Positions 19,913-31,931 of a DNA stretch of 64,000 bases are shown piece by piece (position 1 is the stretch's first letter; the number at the start of each line of letters is the position of its first letter). Under the pieces are notes generated by a model, which ran no database searches, was not told where the DNA came from, and worked only from the letters and a program-made list of their open reading frames with translations. The position numbers and the translations under genes are program-made. The stretch is from Phormidesmis sp. (GTDB lineage: Bacteria; Cyanobacteriota; Cyanobacteriia; Leptolyngbyales; Leptolyngbyaceae). The DNA lies in the NCBI GenBank assembly GCA_965248535.1, contig CBDFJR010000005.1:96001-160000 (forward strand), in the 5' to 3' direction.

Positions 19913-21643
19913 ATGATCCCCTCTCTGAAGATCTTAGTGATCACCAATCTCTATCCGCCCCAGGTTTTGGGAGGATATGAACGCTCGATCGCTGACCTGT
20001 CTCGACGATTGCAGCATCAAGGTCACGAAGTTTTAGTGGTGACCAGCGACACGCCGCAATTTTCTGCCTCTCACATCGGCAGCCACCCTGACCCAGTGCT
20101 CGATCGGGGCTTGTGGCTCTTAGGCGAGTGGTTGCCTGAAGGAGTTCGTTTGTTTGACCAGCAGCGCATCGCTGACGTAATGCAACACAATCAGGCAATT
20201 CTCAACCACCACTTAGACCACTTTCAGCCCGATGTCTGTTTGGCAGGCAATCTGCGGTTTGTGCAGCTAGAAGCAGAGGGGTTAGAGCTAGTGCTCTCTC
20301 ATCAAGTGCCCGTGGCTCACTATGTGATGAATGCTCAAGCTGATTATCTGCCGCAACACTCGCCCCGATCGCCCTTTTATCGTCTGATCACCTGTAGCGA
20401 TTGGGTCAGGTCTAGCCTTCAGGGGTTGGGCTATCCGGCGGCGGCAGCGCACACTATTTATCCGGGTGCTGATATTGATGCGTTTTATCAAGCCGAGCTT
20501 CCCCCTCACGATCGCCTACGCATTGCTTACGCGAGTTTGGTGACTCACTATAAAGGCGCAGACGTTTTAGTCGAAGCGCTCTCTCTGCTGCACGCAGAGG
20601 GAATTGAGTTCACAGCCACGATCGCCGGGGGCACCTTTCAGCCAGAGTTTGTGGAAGCTCTGAAGCAATTTGTAGAATCAGAAGGGCTAGAAAAGTTCGT
20701 CCACTTTGCGGGGGCATTGTCTCGTCAAGACCTGGTTCAACTCTATAAAACTCACAATGTGTTAGTGTTTCCGTCGCGATATCAGGAGCCGTTTGGCATT
20801 AGCCAAATTGAGGCCATGGCAGCCGGGCTAACTCTCGTCACCAGCGGCACGGGGGGCGCTAGAGAAATTGTTGAAGAACCGGGACAAGATGGATTGCTCT
20901 TTGAATCTGAAGATCCGTTAGATCTAGCCGATGTGTTGTCTTCTCTGCCGACAGACCCGGCTCGTTGGGCCGCGATCGCTCAAAGCGGTCAACAGCGATC
21001 GCGGGTCTTTAGTCAAGCCAAAGCAGTCGAAGAACTGGAGAAAGTTCTATTCGCGCTGGTAGCTTCAAAAGACACTCAACCAGAATCTATCATCAAACTC
21101 CATTTAGGGGGCACAGAACCCCATTCTGACTGGAAAATTTTAGACATCGAACCGCGTCCCGAAGTAGACTTTATTGGCGATGCTGCCGACTTAAGCCAGT
21201 TTGCCGATCACTCGATCGAGACCATTTATGCCAGCCACATTCTGGAGCATTTCCATTACTTACTAAATAATGAATTGCTCACAACTCTGGCAGAGTGGTA
21301 TCGCGTTTTGCGACCGGGCGGACAACTGATGGTGAGCGTTCCCAACTTGCAGACGCTTTGCTGGCTATATCTCAACCCCCATCTGATGCCCATGGAGCGA
21401 CACAGACTAATGCGAATTATGTTTGGGGGACAAATTAACCAATACGACGTTCACCGAGTTGGGTTCGACCCCGACACGCTTGCCCTATACCTTCAACAGG
21501 CAGGGTTTAGAGAGTGCACACAGGTGATTGATTTTGAACTGTTTGACGATTGCAGCAAAATGCAAATTCTCGGCACCCCCATCAGCGTCAATATGATCGC
21601 GACAAAGCCAGAATCAGCGATCGCTCCTCCTCTCAGTCAGTAG
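19913..21643 (+). CDS. GT4 glycosyltransferase fused to a C-terminal class I SAM methyltransferase
   Basis: NLYPPQVLGGYE, HYKGAD and EPFGISQIEAMAAG (GT4); KLHLGG...IYASHILEHF...VLRPGG (MTase). Confidence 0.87.
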   Translation: MIPSLKILVITNLYPPQVLGGYERSIADLSRRLQHQGHEVLVVTSDTPQFSASHIGSHPDPVLDRGLWLLGEWLPEGVRLFDQQRIADVMQHNQAILNHHLDHFQPDVCLAGNLRFVQLEAEGLELVLSHQVPVAHYVMNAQADYLPQHSPRSPFYRLITCSDWVRSSLQGLGYPAAAAHTIYPGADIDAFYQAELPPHDRLRIAYASLVTHYKGADVLVEALSLLHAEGIEFTATIAGGTFQPEFVEALKQFVESEGLEKFVHFAGALSRQDLVQLYKTHNVLVFPSRYQEPFGISQIEAMAAGLTLVTSGTGGAREIVEEPGQDGLLFESEDPLDLADVLSSLPTDPARWAAIAQSGQQRSRVFSQAKAVEELEKVLFALVASKDTQPESIIKLHLGGTEPHSDWKILDIEPRPEVDFIGDAADLSQFADHSIETIYASHILEHFHYLLNNELLTTLAEWYRVLRPGGQLMVSVPNLQTLCWLYLNPHLMPMERHRLMRIMFGGQINQYDVHRVGFDPDTLALYLQQAGFRECTQVIDFELFDDCSKMQILGTPISVNMIATKPESAIAPPLSQ

Positions 21644-21700
21644 CCACGAGTCAACGCAAAATCGTATACTGATCTAGCCTCTTTGCTAGGGATGTGACTT

Positions 21701-22342
21701 TTGGGTATCGATCTTCGCAGCTACGTCTATCTCGACAACTTGCAGCCTCAACACGCGGCTTATCTCGGCACCGAGGCCCTAGGCTTCTTACCCCTGCCCG
21801 GAGACGCTTCTCTGTGGATCGAGATTTCTCCTGGCATCGAAATCAATCGCATTATGGATGTGGCGATGAAATCGGCTGTCGTTCGTCCGGGGGTGCAAAT
21901 GGTCGAGCGGCTCTATGGACTGCTCGAAATTCACGCTAGCAATCAGGGTGAAGTCAAAGCCGCAGGGCGGGCCATTCTCGACAGCATGGGCGTTCGGCAA
22001 AATGAAGGTCTAAAGCCGCGAGTGATTTCTAGTCAGATTATTCGCAATATTGACGCTCATCACACCCAACTGATCAACCGCACTCGTCGCGGCAATATGA
22101 TTTTGGCAGGGCAAACTCTCTATGTCTTTGAAGTCGAACCGGCTGCCTTTGCTGCCCTCGCCGCCAACGAAGCCGAAAAAGCCGCCTTCATCAATATTCT
22201 GCAAATCTCGGCGGTGGGCAGTTTTGGGCGACTCTATCTCGGTGGCGCAGAGCGAGACATTCTTGCAGCATCTCAAGCGGTGGTGGCGGCGATCGAGAAC
22301 GTGGCTGGGCGAGAACACCCGACCGAGATGCGAAAGGAATAG
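21701..22342 (+). CDS. ccmP: Carboxysome shell protein CcmP (tandem BMC domain); TTG start
   Basis: [35 protein letters not shown] and AANEAEKAA...[10 protein letters not shown]. Confidence 0.92.
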   Translation: MGIDLRSYVYLDNLQPQHAAYLGTEALGFLPLPGDASLWIEISPGIEINRIMDVAMKSAVVRPGVQMVERLYGLLEIHASNQGEVKAAGRAILDSMGVRQNEGLKPRVISSQIIRNIDAHHTQLINRTRRGNMILAGQTLYVFEVEPAAFAALAANEAEKAAFINILQISAVGSFGRLYLGGAERDILAASQAVVAAIENVAGREHPTEMRKE

Positions 22343-22344
22343 AC

Positions 22345-23256
22345 ATGGCAGACTCAAAGCATCTCAGGCTGTTGCAGCAAGGTGCAGTAGCGTGGATTGA
22401 TTGGCGATCGCGCCATCCGCAGATTCACCCTGACCTCAGCGAAGCCGACCTCAAAGGCGCAAACCTCCGAGGCTCAGATCTCAGCTACGTCATCTTAAAA
22501 AACGCTGACCTCAGTTGGGCAACCCTGATTGCTGCCAATCTCAACGGCGCAATTCTCAATCAGGCAACGCTGCTCAACGCCAAATTGATCGACGCAACGC
22601 TACAAAACGCTGAACTGGTAGACGCTAGCTTAGTCGCTGCCGATTTAACCGGGGTAGATCTTCGCGATGCTAATTTAATTGGGGCAGACTTAAAGGGAGT
22701 TAGCTTCGATCGCGCCGATTTAACCAGTGCCAATCTGATCGGCACCGAGTTGCGAGGCGCAACCTTTCGAGAAGCCGATTTAACCAGAGCAGACTTGAGG
22801 CGAACCGATCTCAGCGAAGCCCTGCTGCTCAACGCTAATTTTGCCTACGCCAATCTCAGCAACGCCAATCTCTATGAAGCCGAACTGACCGGGGCGCATC
22901 TCTATGATGCCGATTTGCAGAAGGCAAATTTGATGCGATCGCATCTCAGGAACGCCTATTTATTTGCCGCCAATCTCAGCCATGCCAATTTATCGAGCGC
23001 CGATCTATCCTGGGCGAATTTGAGCAAAGCCAATCTCACGGGCGCAGATTTGACCGGAGCCAATCTCAGAGGGGCTAATCTCACGGGCGCAGATTTGACC
23101 GGAGCGATCGTGACCAATGCCTGCTTGAGAGGTGCCAATCTCAGGGGAGCCAATCTCACCGATGCCAATCTCACCGATGCTGACCTTCGAGAGATCAAGC
23201 GCCACAAACTAAAGTTCAGCAGAGCAATAATGCCTGACGGCGAAGTTCATCCTTAA
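22345..23256 (+). CDS. Pentapeptide repeat protein
   Basis: Long A(D/N)Lxx repeat run; ends AIMPDG. Confidence 0.95.
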   Translation: MADSKHLRLLQQGAVAWIDWRSRHPQIHPDLSEADLKGANLRGSDLSYVILKNADLSWATLIAANLNGAILNQATLLNAKLIDATLQNAELVDASLVAADLTGVDLRDANLIGADLKGVSFDRADLTSANLIGTELRGATFREADLTRADLRRTDLSEALLLNANFAYANLSNANLYEAELTGAHLYDADLQKANLMRSHLRNAYLFAANLSHANLSSADLSWANLSKANLTGADLTGANLRGANLTGADLTGAIVTNACLRGANLRGANLTDANLTDADLREIKRHKLKFSRAIMPDGEVHP

Positions 23257-23298
23257 AATCGTGAACCAAACCGATTCAGACAGGGCACTAGGAGCTAC

Positions 23299-23462
23299 CG
23301 TAAGGGCATGGCACTGCCGTGCCCAAGGCCCAGGCGAGGCACCGACAGAATCGAATCCACATCTTCTCAAGGATTCTGCTATGGGCCTGCCAGGATCTGC
23401 GTAAGGGCATGGCACTGCCGTGCCCAGGGCCCAAGTGATCCACCGACAGGACTGAATCCACA
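23299..23462. repeat. Two 63-nt direct repeats (101-nt period) with a REP-like palindromic core
   Basis: CGTAAGGGCATGGCACTGCCGTGCCCA identical at 23299 and 23400, each followed by a similar tail ending GAATCCACA. Confidence 0.85.
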
Positions 23463-23510
23463 GTCCCTTATAAAACTTCAGCGAACCGTGCGAAACACGA
23501 ACATTAAAAG

Positions 23511-23584
23511 GGCGAACGAGGGGACTCGAACCCCCGGATGGTGGTACCACAAACCACTGCCTTAACCACTTGGCTACGCTCGCC
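23511..23584 (-). tRNA. trnH: tRNA-His (GTG)
   Basis: Reverse complement GGCGAGCGTAGCCAAGTGGTTAAGGCAGTGGTTTGTGGTACCACCATCCGGGGGTTCGAGTCCCCTCGTTCGCC; G-1, anticodon GTG, C discriminator; CCA not encoded. Confidence 0.97.
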
Positions 23585-23731
23585 ATCACAGTTAGCACTA
23601 TAGCATTTGAGATGACCAGTCAGCTAGATTTTTGCAAATCAGAGAACAAAGTTTGTCCGATCGCGTCTAAGATTGTGGTTTCGCGTTCGCCGTCGGATGG
23701 TCGAGCGCCTGTGGAGGGGGATTGACCGCTG

Positions 23732-24124
23732 ATGAAGATAGTCAACCTGGTAGCCGGAGTCGCTGGCCTAGCGCTATTGGGCATAGCCATAACCCTGTCC
23801 GTGACCAACCCTAAACAGAAGGCGTTTGAGGAGTTTGCAGTCCAGCGCCTTCGAGAAGACGCTTGCAAAAAAGCGCCGTTGGGGTTGGCAAGCCAATGTC
23901 CAAGATTTGTGGATGATAATCAGGTCGAGATTAAAAAGGTGATCACCCGCAACACCGATCGCCGAGATTATCTAGTCTTCAGTTTCTATCAAACTGACTT
24001 GTCGGTGCGCGCGATCGTGCCCGATTTAGCGTTTTTGCCAGGAATGCCAACCTATCATTTTGAGACCGTTGGCTTATTTGGAAAATTCTATATCTATGAA
24101 GCAAAACAAGCCAAGCAGTCTTAA
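23732..24124 (+). CDS. DUF4359-like protein
   Basis: N-terminal TM, then TNP...FEEFA and TDRRDYLVFSFYQT...ETVGLFGKF. Confidence 0.7.
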   Translation: MKIVNLVAGVAGLALLGIAITLSVTNPKQKAFEEFAVQRLREDACKKAPLGLASQCPRFVDDNQVEIKKVITRNTDRRDYLVFSFYQTDLSVRAIVPDLAFLPGMPTYHFETVGLFGKFYIYEAKQAKQS

Positions 24125-24130
24125 ATTTTT

Positions 24131-24523
24131 TCATTTTCCCAGTCTCGCCATCATCGCTCCTAGCTGCACAAAGACCACACCTAAAGCGGCACTGCCCAGC
24201 CAATAAAGACTTGCGGCTGAAAAGTTTTGAGTTCTGATCAGATTTAAGGTGTCTAACCCATAGGTCGAAAATGTGGTGTAGGCACCCAAAAACCCGGTGG
24301 TCACCATCAGTCTCATTTCAGGAAAGGTGGGCTGATCGGCAAACAACGTAGCCAAAAATCCCATTAAAAAACAGCCGCTTAAATTGATGAAAAAAACCCC
24401 ATAGGGAAACGCAATTCCGAAGCGCTGAACTGACCAAACCGTGAGGTAATAGCGGCACAGAGCACCCGCGATCGCGCCGAGACTAATGGCGATCGGCACT
24501 CGAATGGCCGGATCTTGCAGCAT
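24131..24523 (-). CDS. crcB: Fluoride channel Fluc/CrcB
   Basis: GAIAGALCRY, FPYGVFFINLSG and GFLGAYTTFST. Confidence 0.95.
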   Translation of the reverse strand: MLQDPAIRVPIAISLGAIAGALCRYYLTVWSVQRFGIAFPYGVFFINLSGCFLMGFLATLFADQPTFPEMRLMVTTGFLGAYTTFSTYGLDTLNLIRTQNFSAASLYWLGSAALGVVFVQLGAMMARLGK

Positions 24524-24590
24524 TCACTATCGTCCTTTTGTCAAGAGAGTTCGACCTCTACAATAAAGGGGAGTTCGCTAGAGGGCTGTC

Positions 24591-25355
24591 ATGTTTCAAA
24601 CCGATCCGCCACGATCGCCTAAAGACTATTTGCCGACGATGTATGATTTGCCCAGCGAGAACCCGGAGGAACCTGGCTTGCCCGATGAGTTTCATTTACT
24701 TCAGCCTCGCTTGCTCGAAGAAACCTTCCTGCCGCCTGACTATCTCATCGAAAATGTGTTTGTGGGCAGCGATCTCAATCTTTATTATGATGTCCGCCAC
24801 ACAGGTTGGTATAAGCACCCAGATTGGTTTGGGGTCGTGGGCATTTCTCGACTTTATGAACAGCGCGACCTGCGTCTGAGCTATGTCACCTGGCAAGAAG
24901 GGGTCGATCCAATGGTGGTGGTCGAGTTGCTCTCACCCGGCACCGAGCGAGAAGATTTAGGGCAGACCTTACGAGACGTTGACCAGCCTCCGACCAAATG
25001 GGAAGTCTATGAACGGATTCTCCGCATTCCCTACTACATGGTGTTTAACCGCTACACCGATGAGCTACAGGTGTTTCGTCTCGAAGGCGGAAGTTATGGC
25101 AAGATTGAGGCAACGCCGCCCCGATTTTGGTTTGAAGAACTGCGATTAGGGTTGGGACTGTGGGAAGGAACGTATCAGGGAATTGAGCGGCAGTGGCTGC
25201 GCTGGTTTGATGCTCTAGGCAACTGGGTTCCGACCCCGTTAGAGCGGCAAACTGACCTAGTGGAGCAAGAGCGCCAGCGAACCGAAGAAGAGCGCCAGCG
25301 ATCGGAGCGATTAATCGCCCAGCTACGATCGCTCGGCATCGAACCCGATCTTTAA
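24591..25355 (+). CDS. Uma2-family (PD-(D/E)XK) endonuclease-like protein
   Basis: HPDWFGV, VVVELLSPGT and IPYY; coiled tail ending LRSLGIEPD. Confidence 0.9.
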   Translation: MFQTDPPRSPKDYLPTMYDLPSENPEEPGLPDEFHLLQPRLLEETFLPPDYLIENVFVGSDLNLYYDVRHTGWYKHPDWFGVVGISRLYEQRDLRLSYVTWQEGVDPMVVVELLSPGTEREDLGQTLRDVDQPPTKWEVYERILRIPYYMVFNRYTDELQVFRLEGGSYGKIEATPPRFWFEELRLGLGLWEGTYQGIERQWLRWFDALGNWVPTPLERQTDLVEQERQRTEEERQRSERLIAQLRSLGIEPDL

Positions 25356-26404
25356 TCCAGCGAGAAATCTTTGAGGGTGGGCACGCCTTTTAGAAAAGAC
25401 CCCATCAACAGTAAACTGGTCTGGGTATCCAGGTTTCCGGTGCTCTTGATGCCAACCGATCGCTGAAATTCTTGCAGGGTTGATTTGAAGTCCTGTGACT
25501 TCTGCTGTAGATAGCCTAGACGCTTAAGATAATCGACGGCTTGAATATTAGTCAACGAAAGAACTTCGCTAGGTCGAAAGATTGGCACGTATTGCTCTCG
25601 CCAAATTTGGGCAAATTCCGCCCGATCGAGCAAATAAATCTTGCCACTGGAGGGATCGCCGATCGCCGCTTTATCAGCATTCATTGCCAGCAAGGCCACG
25701 GCATGAGAGAGCTTACGATCGCCATCGATCAGCCAAACGCCCAACACCCCCGGACGGTTGATTTGGCGCATCTGATCCCAGGTGGATGCAAGTTCGACCC
25801 CGTTGAGGTCAAAGCCACGGGCGGCCACAATTAGCTGCGGCATACTGGTGCCCATGCGACTGGTGCTGGCTAACTCAGCGACACTGGTTTCGGTAGCTTT
25901 TTGGAGGCCCCATCGCTGCAAAACAGTTGCCAGGGCAGACGGAGCACAGCTACTCATGGAGGTCTGCTTAAAAACGCCGTTGGACTGCAAATTGTTGAAC
26001 AGATCGCGGTGAATCGGAGCCAGGAAATAAGCTTCGGTGGTGGTGAATCCGCTCACTCCGATCGCCCCCAGCAGCAGCACGGTGAGCACCTGTTTGCGGG
26101 CGGTTTGGGCCACGATCGTCACCGCGACTCCGCAAAACCCGATCAGCATGACTCGCATCACCGTCCAGGTGGTTTGCATCCCATAGACGCGCCAGATCAA
26201 GGGGAAAACTTGCATCTGAGGAATGTTGAGCGCCAAAACGAGAAAGCCGACATAGATGCCAATAAACAGCAGCGCAACTGCATTTTTGCCTTTAAACAGA
26301 TCGTTTGCCGTTGCCCCTTGCTTTAAGAGCAGTCGCCCGACTCTATTTCCGCCTCGAAAGCATAAGATGCCCAACCCGACCGTCACGAGCGCTTCTATCA
26401 GCAT
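25352..26404 (-). CDS. Membrane-anchored C39-like cysteine peptidase with C-terminal peptidoglycan-binding-like domain
   Basis: Four hydrophobic segments; KQTSMSSCAPSALA (Q...C), SHAVAL (H), IGDP (D); LKRLGY...FQRSVGIKSTGNLD. Confidence 0.8.
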   Translation of the reverse strand: MLIEALVTVGLGILCFRGGNRVGRLLLKQGATANDLFKGKNAVALLFIGIYVGFLVLALNIPQMQVFPLIWRVYGMQTTWTVMRVMLIGFCGVAVTIVAQTARKQVLTVLLLGAIGVSGFTTTEAYFLAPIHRDLFNNLQSNGVFKQTSMSSCAPSALATVLQRWGLQKATETSVAELASTSRMGTSMPQLIVAARGFDLNGVELASTWDQMRQINRPGVLGVWLIDGDRKLSHAVALLAMNADKAAIGDPSSGKIYLLDRAEFAQIWREQYVPIFRPSEVLSLTNIQAVDYLKRLGYLQQKSQDFKSTLQEFQRSVGIKSTGNLDTQTSLLLMGSFLKGVPTLKDFSLD

Positions 26405-26621
26405 CTACCGTTTTTGAGCAACAATCGTCAGTCTAGCCTCGGCGATCGTCAAACTGTAAATCGTTAATTCACCGAACCTATCTAAATCGAAAACCGCTCA
26501 ATTGCTGGCATAATGGGAAGGTTTTTATGATTTGTCAGCAAAATCTGTGATTCTAAAGCACGGATTTGGTGACGATCGTTAAACTTAGACTCATAAGATC
26601 CCTCATCCTTCATCCTTTGCC

Positions 26622-28418
26622 ATGCGTAGCTACTACTGCGGTCAACTCCGAGCCAGCCATATTGGAGAGACAGTGACCCTCTATGGATGGGTCGATCGTC
26701 GTCGAGATCATGGGTATGTGATTTTCGTCGATTTGCGCGATCGCAGTGGCACTGTTCAAATCGTCAGCGACCCCGAACGGACTCCGGGTTCTTATCAACC
26801 CGCAGGCGATTTGCGAAACGAATATGTGATCAAGATTGTGGGACGAGTCACAAAACGTCCTGATGAGTCGCTTAACGCTAAAATTGCGACGGGCGAAATC
26901 GAAATTTATGCTGACGAGATTGAAATAATCAACGCGGTTCGCAAGCAGTTGCCGTTTCAAGTCTCCACGTCAGATAACGAGACGGTGCGAGAAGATTTAC
27001 GTCTGAAATATCGCTATTTAGATTTGCGCCGAGAGCGGATGAGTCGCAACCTGCAATTGCGTCATCAGGTGACTAAATCGATTCGTCGCTATCTCGAAGA
27101 TGCCGAAGGGTTTATGGAAGTTGAAACCCCGATTTTGACCCGATCGACTCCCGAAGGTGCCAGAGATTATCTCGTGCCGTCACGGGTGAATGCGGGTGAA
27201 TGGTATGCGCTGCCGCAGTCGCCGCAGTTGTTTAAACAGATGCTCATGGTGTCGGGCTTCGATCGCTATTATCAGATCGCTCGCTGTTTTCGCGATGAAG
27301 ATTTGAGAGCCGATCGCCAGCCAGAGTTTACGCAACTCGACCTGGAAATGAGTTTTATGTCGCAGGAAGAAATCATTCACCTCAACGAAGGTTTAGTCAC
27401 TCACGTTTTCAAAACCGTTAAGGGTGTTGAGATTCCGACTCCGTTTCCGCAGTTGACCTATGCCGAAGCGATGGATCGCTATGGCTCTGACAAACCCGAC
27501 ACCCGCTATGACTTAGAGCTAGTAGACGTGTCGAATATTCTCAAAAATTCTGGCTTCAAAGTCTTTGCTGATTCTGTAGCAAAGGGCGGCATTGTCAAAA
27601 TTCTGCCGATTCCGGGTGGGAACGAGGCGATCTCTAACGTGCGAATCAAGCCGGGTGGCGATTTATTTAAAGAAGCTGCCGAAGCCGGGGCACGAGGGTT
27701 GGCCTATATCCGAGTCCGTGAAGATGGCGAGATCGACACGATCGGGGCGATCAAAGACAACCTCACCGACGAGCAAAAACAAGAACTGCTCACCCGCACC
27801 GGAGCCAAACCCGGACATCTGCTGTTGTTTGGGGCAGGCGACACGATCACGGTGAATAAAACCCTCGATCGCCTCCGTCAAACCTTGGCCCGCGAACTGA
27901 ACTTGATCGATCCCGACAAGATTAATTTGCTCTGGGTGACCGACTTCCCGATGTTTGAATGGAACGCCGACGAGAAGCGCCTAGAAGCATTGCACCATCC
28001 TTTCACCGCGCCCAAACCTGAAGAGGCACACGATCTCAAAACGGCTCATGCTCAAGCCTACGATTTGGTCTTTAACGGCTTTGAGGTCGGCGGCGGCAGC
28101 GTGCGGATCTACCAGTCCGATCTGCAAGCCAAAGTGTTTGAAACGATCGGGCTATCAGCCGAAGAAGCAAACAACAAATTTGGCTTTTTGCTAGAAGCAT
28201 TTGAGTATGGCACCCCTCCCCACGGCGGCATCGCCTATGGACTCGATCGCTGGGTGATGTTGCTAGCGGGTGAAGAGTCGATTCGAGACGCGATCGCGTT
28301 TCCCAAAACTCAGCAGGCTCGGTGTTTGCTCACCAGTGCGCCTTCTAGCGTCGATGACAAACAGCTTAAAGAGCTACACGTTGCCTCGACCCACAAACCC
28401 AAGCCAGGAATCGCTTAA
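26622..28418 (+). CDS. aspS: Aspartate-tRNA ligase
   Basis: [42 protein letters not shown] and [11 protein letters not shown]. Confidence 0.98.
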   Translation: MRSYYCGQLRASHIGETVTLYGWVDRRRDHGYVIFVDLRDRSGTVQIVSDPERTPGSYQPAGDLRNEYVIKIVGRVTKRPDESLNAKIATGEIEIYADEIEIINAVRKQLPFQVSTSDNETVREDLRLKYRYLDLRRERMSRNLQLRHQVTKSIRRYLEDAEGFMEVETPILTRSTPEGARDYLVPSRVNAGEWYALPQSPQLFKQMLMVSGFDRYYQIARCFRDEDLRADRQPEFTQLDLEMSFMSQEEIIHLNEGLVTHVFKTVKGVEIPTPFPQLTYAEAMDRYGSDKPDTRYDLELVDVSNILKNSGFKVFADSVAKGGIVKILPIPGGNEAISNVRIKPGGDLFKEAAEAGARGLAYIRVREDGEIDTIGAIKDNLTDEQKQELLTRTGAKPGHLLLFGAGDTITVNKTLDRLRQTLARELNLIDPDKINLLWVTDFPMFEWNADEKRLEALHHPFTAPKPEEAHDLKTAHAQAYDLVFNGFEVGGGSVRIYQSDLQAKVFETIGLSAEEANNKFGFLLEAFEYGTPPHGGIAYGLDRWVMLLAGEESIRDAIAFPKTQQARCLLTSAPSSVDDKQLKELHVASTHKPKPGIA

Positions 28419-28474
28419 TCAAATTTCCTAGACTTCACCCTGACATCTCCGGCGAGATTGAGCACAATAGTCTT

Positions 28475-29846
<1,372 letters not shown>

Positions 29847-29953
29847 TCAGAGATACCATTAAGTTCCAGATCACTAAGATCGTGCATTAAATCAGATCGG
29901 TGACTGTCCGAGTCCGAGGGGCAGGGCAATGCCCTTACGCCGTTCTTGGGCAG

Positions 29954-31931
29954 TTAGTACTGTCTTATCAGCGCCTCGATCGCGGCGATTAATTGCACCA
30001 CATCTAAAGGTTTAGGTAGATGAATCTGATAGCCTGCGGCAAAAGCTTGCTGCCTAACATCTTCATCGACATAGGCTGTGAGCGCGATCGCGGGCACATT
30101 GCGACCAGACTCTAGCGCCCGAATCTCCCGCAGCATGGCATAACCATCCTTTGAGCGGCATGGCAATATCACTAATAATTAAGGTTGGAGTGACTTGTTG
30201 AAAGGCGGCGATCGCCGCATCTGCCGAGGTGGCCGTGGTGATGATTGCGCCTTCATCTTCGAGCAAAAATTTGACAAATTCAAGGCTATCGGCCTCGTCA
30301 TCAACCACTAAGATTTGCAGTTGGTCAAAGCCTTTAGAAGCCTTGCTTTGAAAGTCGGAGGGCGGTAAGTAGCAGTTGATCAGCGGCAGCCTAGCCGTAA
30401 AGGTTGAACCTTGCCCATCTCCTTGGCTCTCAGCTTGAATGGTGCCGTTGTGAAGCTCAATCAGTTCGCGCACGATCGCGAGGCCCAGCCCCAGCCCATC
30501 TTGCGATCGCGGAAGATGGGTCTGAGCTTGTCTAAAGCGATCGAACACATAAGGTAAAAAATTTGCCTGAATGCCTTTTCCGCTGTCTTTTACACAGATT
30601 TCTGCTTGGGCATCGCGTTGCGTTAGCGTGATCTCTATTTGACCATTCTCTGGAGTGAATTTAATTGCATTCGTCAACAGGTTCCAAATTACTTGCTGTA
30701 GTCGATTAGAATCTCCTAACACTTCACTCGCGGCATGATCGATATTTGATTGAATGTGAATCTGTTTTAACTCAGCTAAAGGGCGAATCATGTCGATCGC
30801 CGCCTCAATCACAAAGGGCAAATTCACCGCTACCCGATCCATTCTCAGATTGCCTTGAACCATGCGCGAGATGTCGAGCAAATCTTCGATCAGTTGAGAT
30901 TGCGTTTTAGCACTGCGCTCGATCGACTGCAACGCTCGCGTCAGGGTGGCTTGATCAAAGGGCTTAGTTTGCAAGAGACGCGCCCATCCAAAGATCGAGT
31001 TGAGGGGCGATCGTAATTCGTGGGCTACGATCGCCAAAAATTCGTCTTTGCTGCGGTTTGTAGCTTCGGCTTCGGCGCGGGCGGTTTGCGCTTGGTTGAG
31101 CAAGATTTCTCGATCAGCTTCGGCTTGCCTTCCTTCAAGCTCAATGCGTTGACGATCGCTAACATCTCGCCAAGCCGAGACAAATCCATCGCCCAATTTT
31201 GACGATCGCGCATCATAGATCCGAGTGATCGGCTCACCGTCAGACTTATCTGAGTAAGGAAAGCCTTCTTTAATGCAAGGTTCCCCAGTTTCTACCACCC
31301 GACAGTGTTCTTCAAACGCGCTGCTGCCGCGATAGTTGGGGGATGTCTCAGAAATAGTTTTGCCGATCACCTCAGAGGTGAGGCGGTGGCTGTCAAGAGC
31401 CGCTTGATTTAAATAGTCGATGTGAAAGTCGATAATTTGCCCGGCACTGTCGCGAAGAGTAGAATAAATGCCAAAGCAATCGAGCATCGTCTCGATCGAG
31501 GTGCGAAAGCGTTCTTCACTGCGCTGAAGTTTGCGACGCAGTTCGGCATTTTCGATGGCGCTACGCATGGCTAACCGCACATCGTCAGGTGAGATTTGCC
31601 CTTTGACTAAATAATCTTCGACCCCGCTTTTAAAGGCCGTAACGGCGGTGGCGGCATCGTTATAACCACTGACCACAATCACAGGTGGGCAGTTATCACC
31701 CGTCTGTGCTTTGAGCTGGGCTAAAAACTCAAAACCATCAAAGTCTGGCAGCTTGATGCCGAGCAAAATCCCATCGGGAATCTGAGCACGACAGAGAGCT
31801 AGCCCTGCAGCGGCAGAGTCAGCTTCTAAAATTTGATAAGAAGTCTCAGAGTCGGCCAGCAAGTGCTGTCTAAAAACGGAGCGATCGCTTTCAGAATCTT
31901 CAATGATCAAAACGGTGCGTTGCTCTGCCAT
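29954..31931 (-). pseudogene. Hybrid histidine kinase (REC-PAS-like-HisKA-HATPase-REC) with a frameshift in the last REC domain
   Basis: H-box AHELRSPL, N-box NLLTNAIKFT, G-boxes; the final REC continues in another frame (DGYAMLREIR...PAIALTAY...HLPKP). Confidence 0.8.

Noticed and set aside
21701..22342. Novel microcompartment locus
   Set aside because: A single ccmP; a satellite position is normal for beta-carboxysomes and no other shell or cargo genes are nearby
23299..23462. Possible CRISPR mini-array
   Set aside because: Only two units, the sequence after each palindrome is itself homologous rather than a unique spacer, and there are no cas genes
23256..23731. Integrative element at tRNA-His
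   Set aside because: No integrase and no duplicated tRNA 3' end seen in the window
24524..24590. Fluoride riboswitch upstream of crcB
   Set aside because: The 67-nt gap lacks a recognisable GGCGATG...TCGCC-type core on the minus strand
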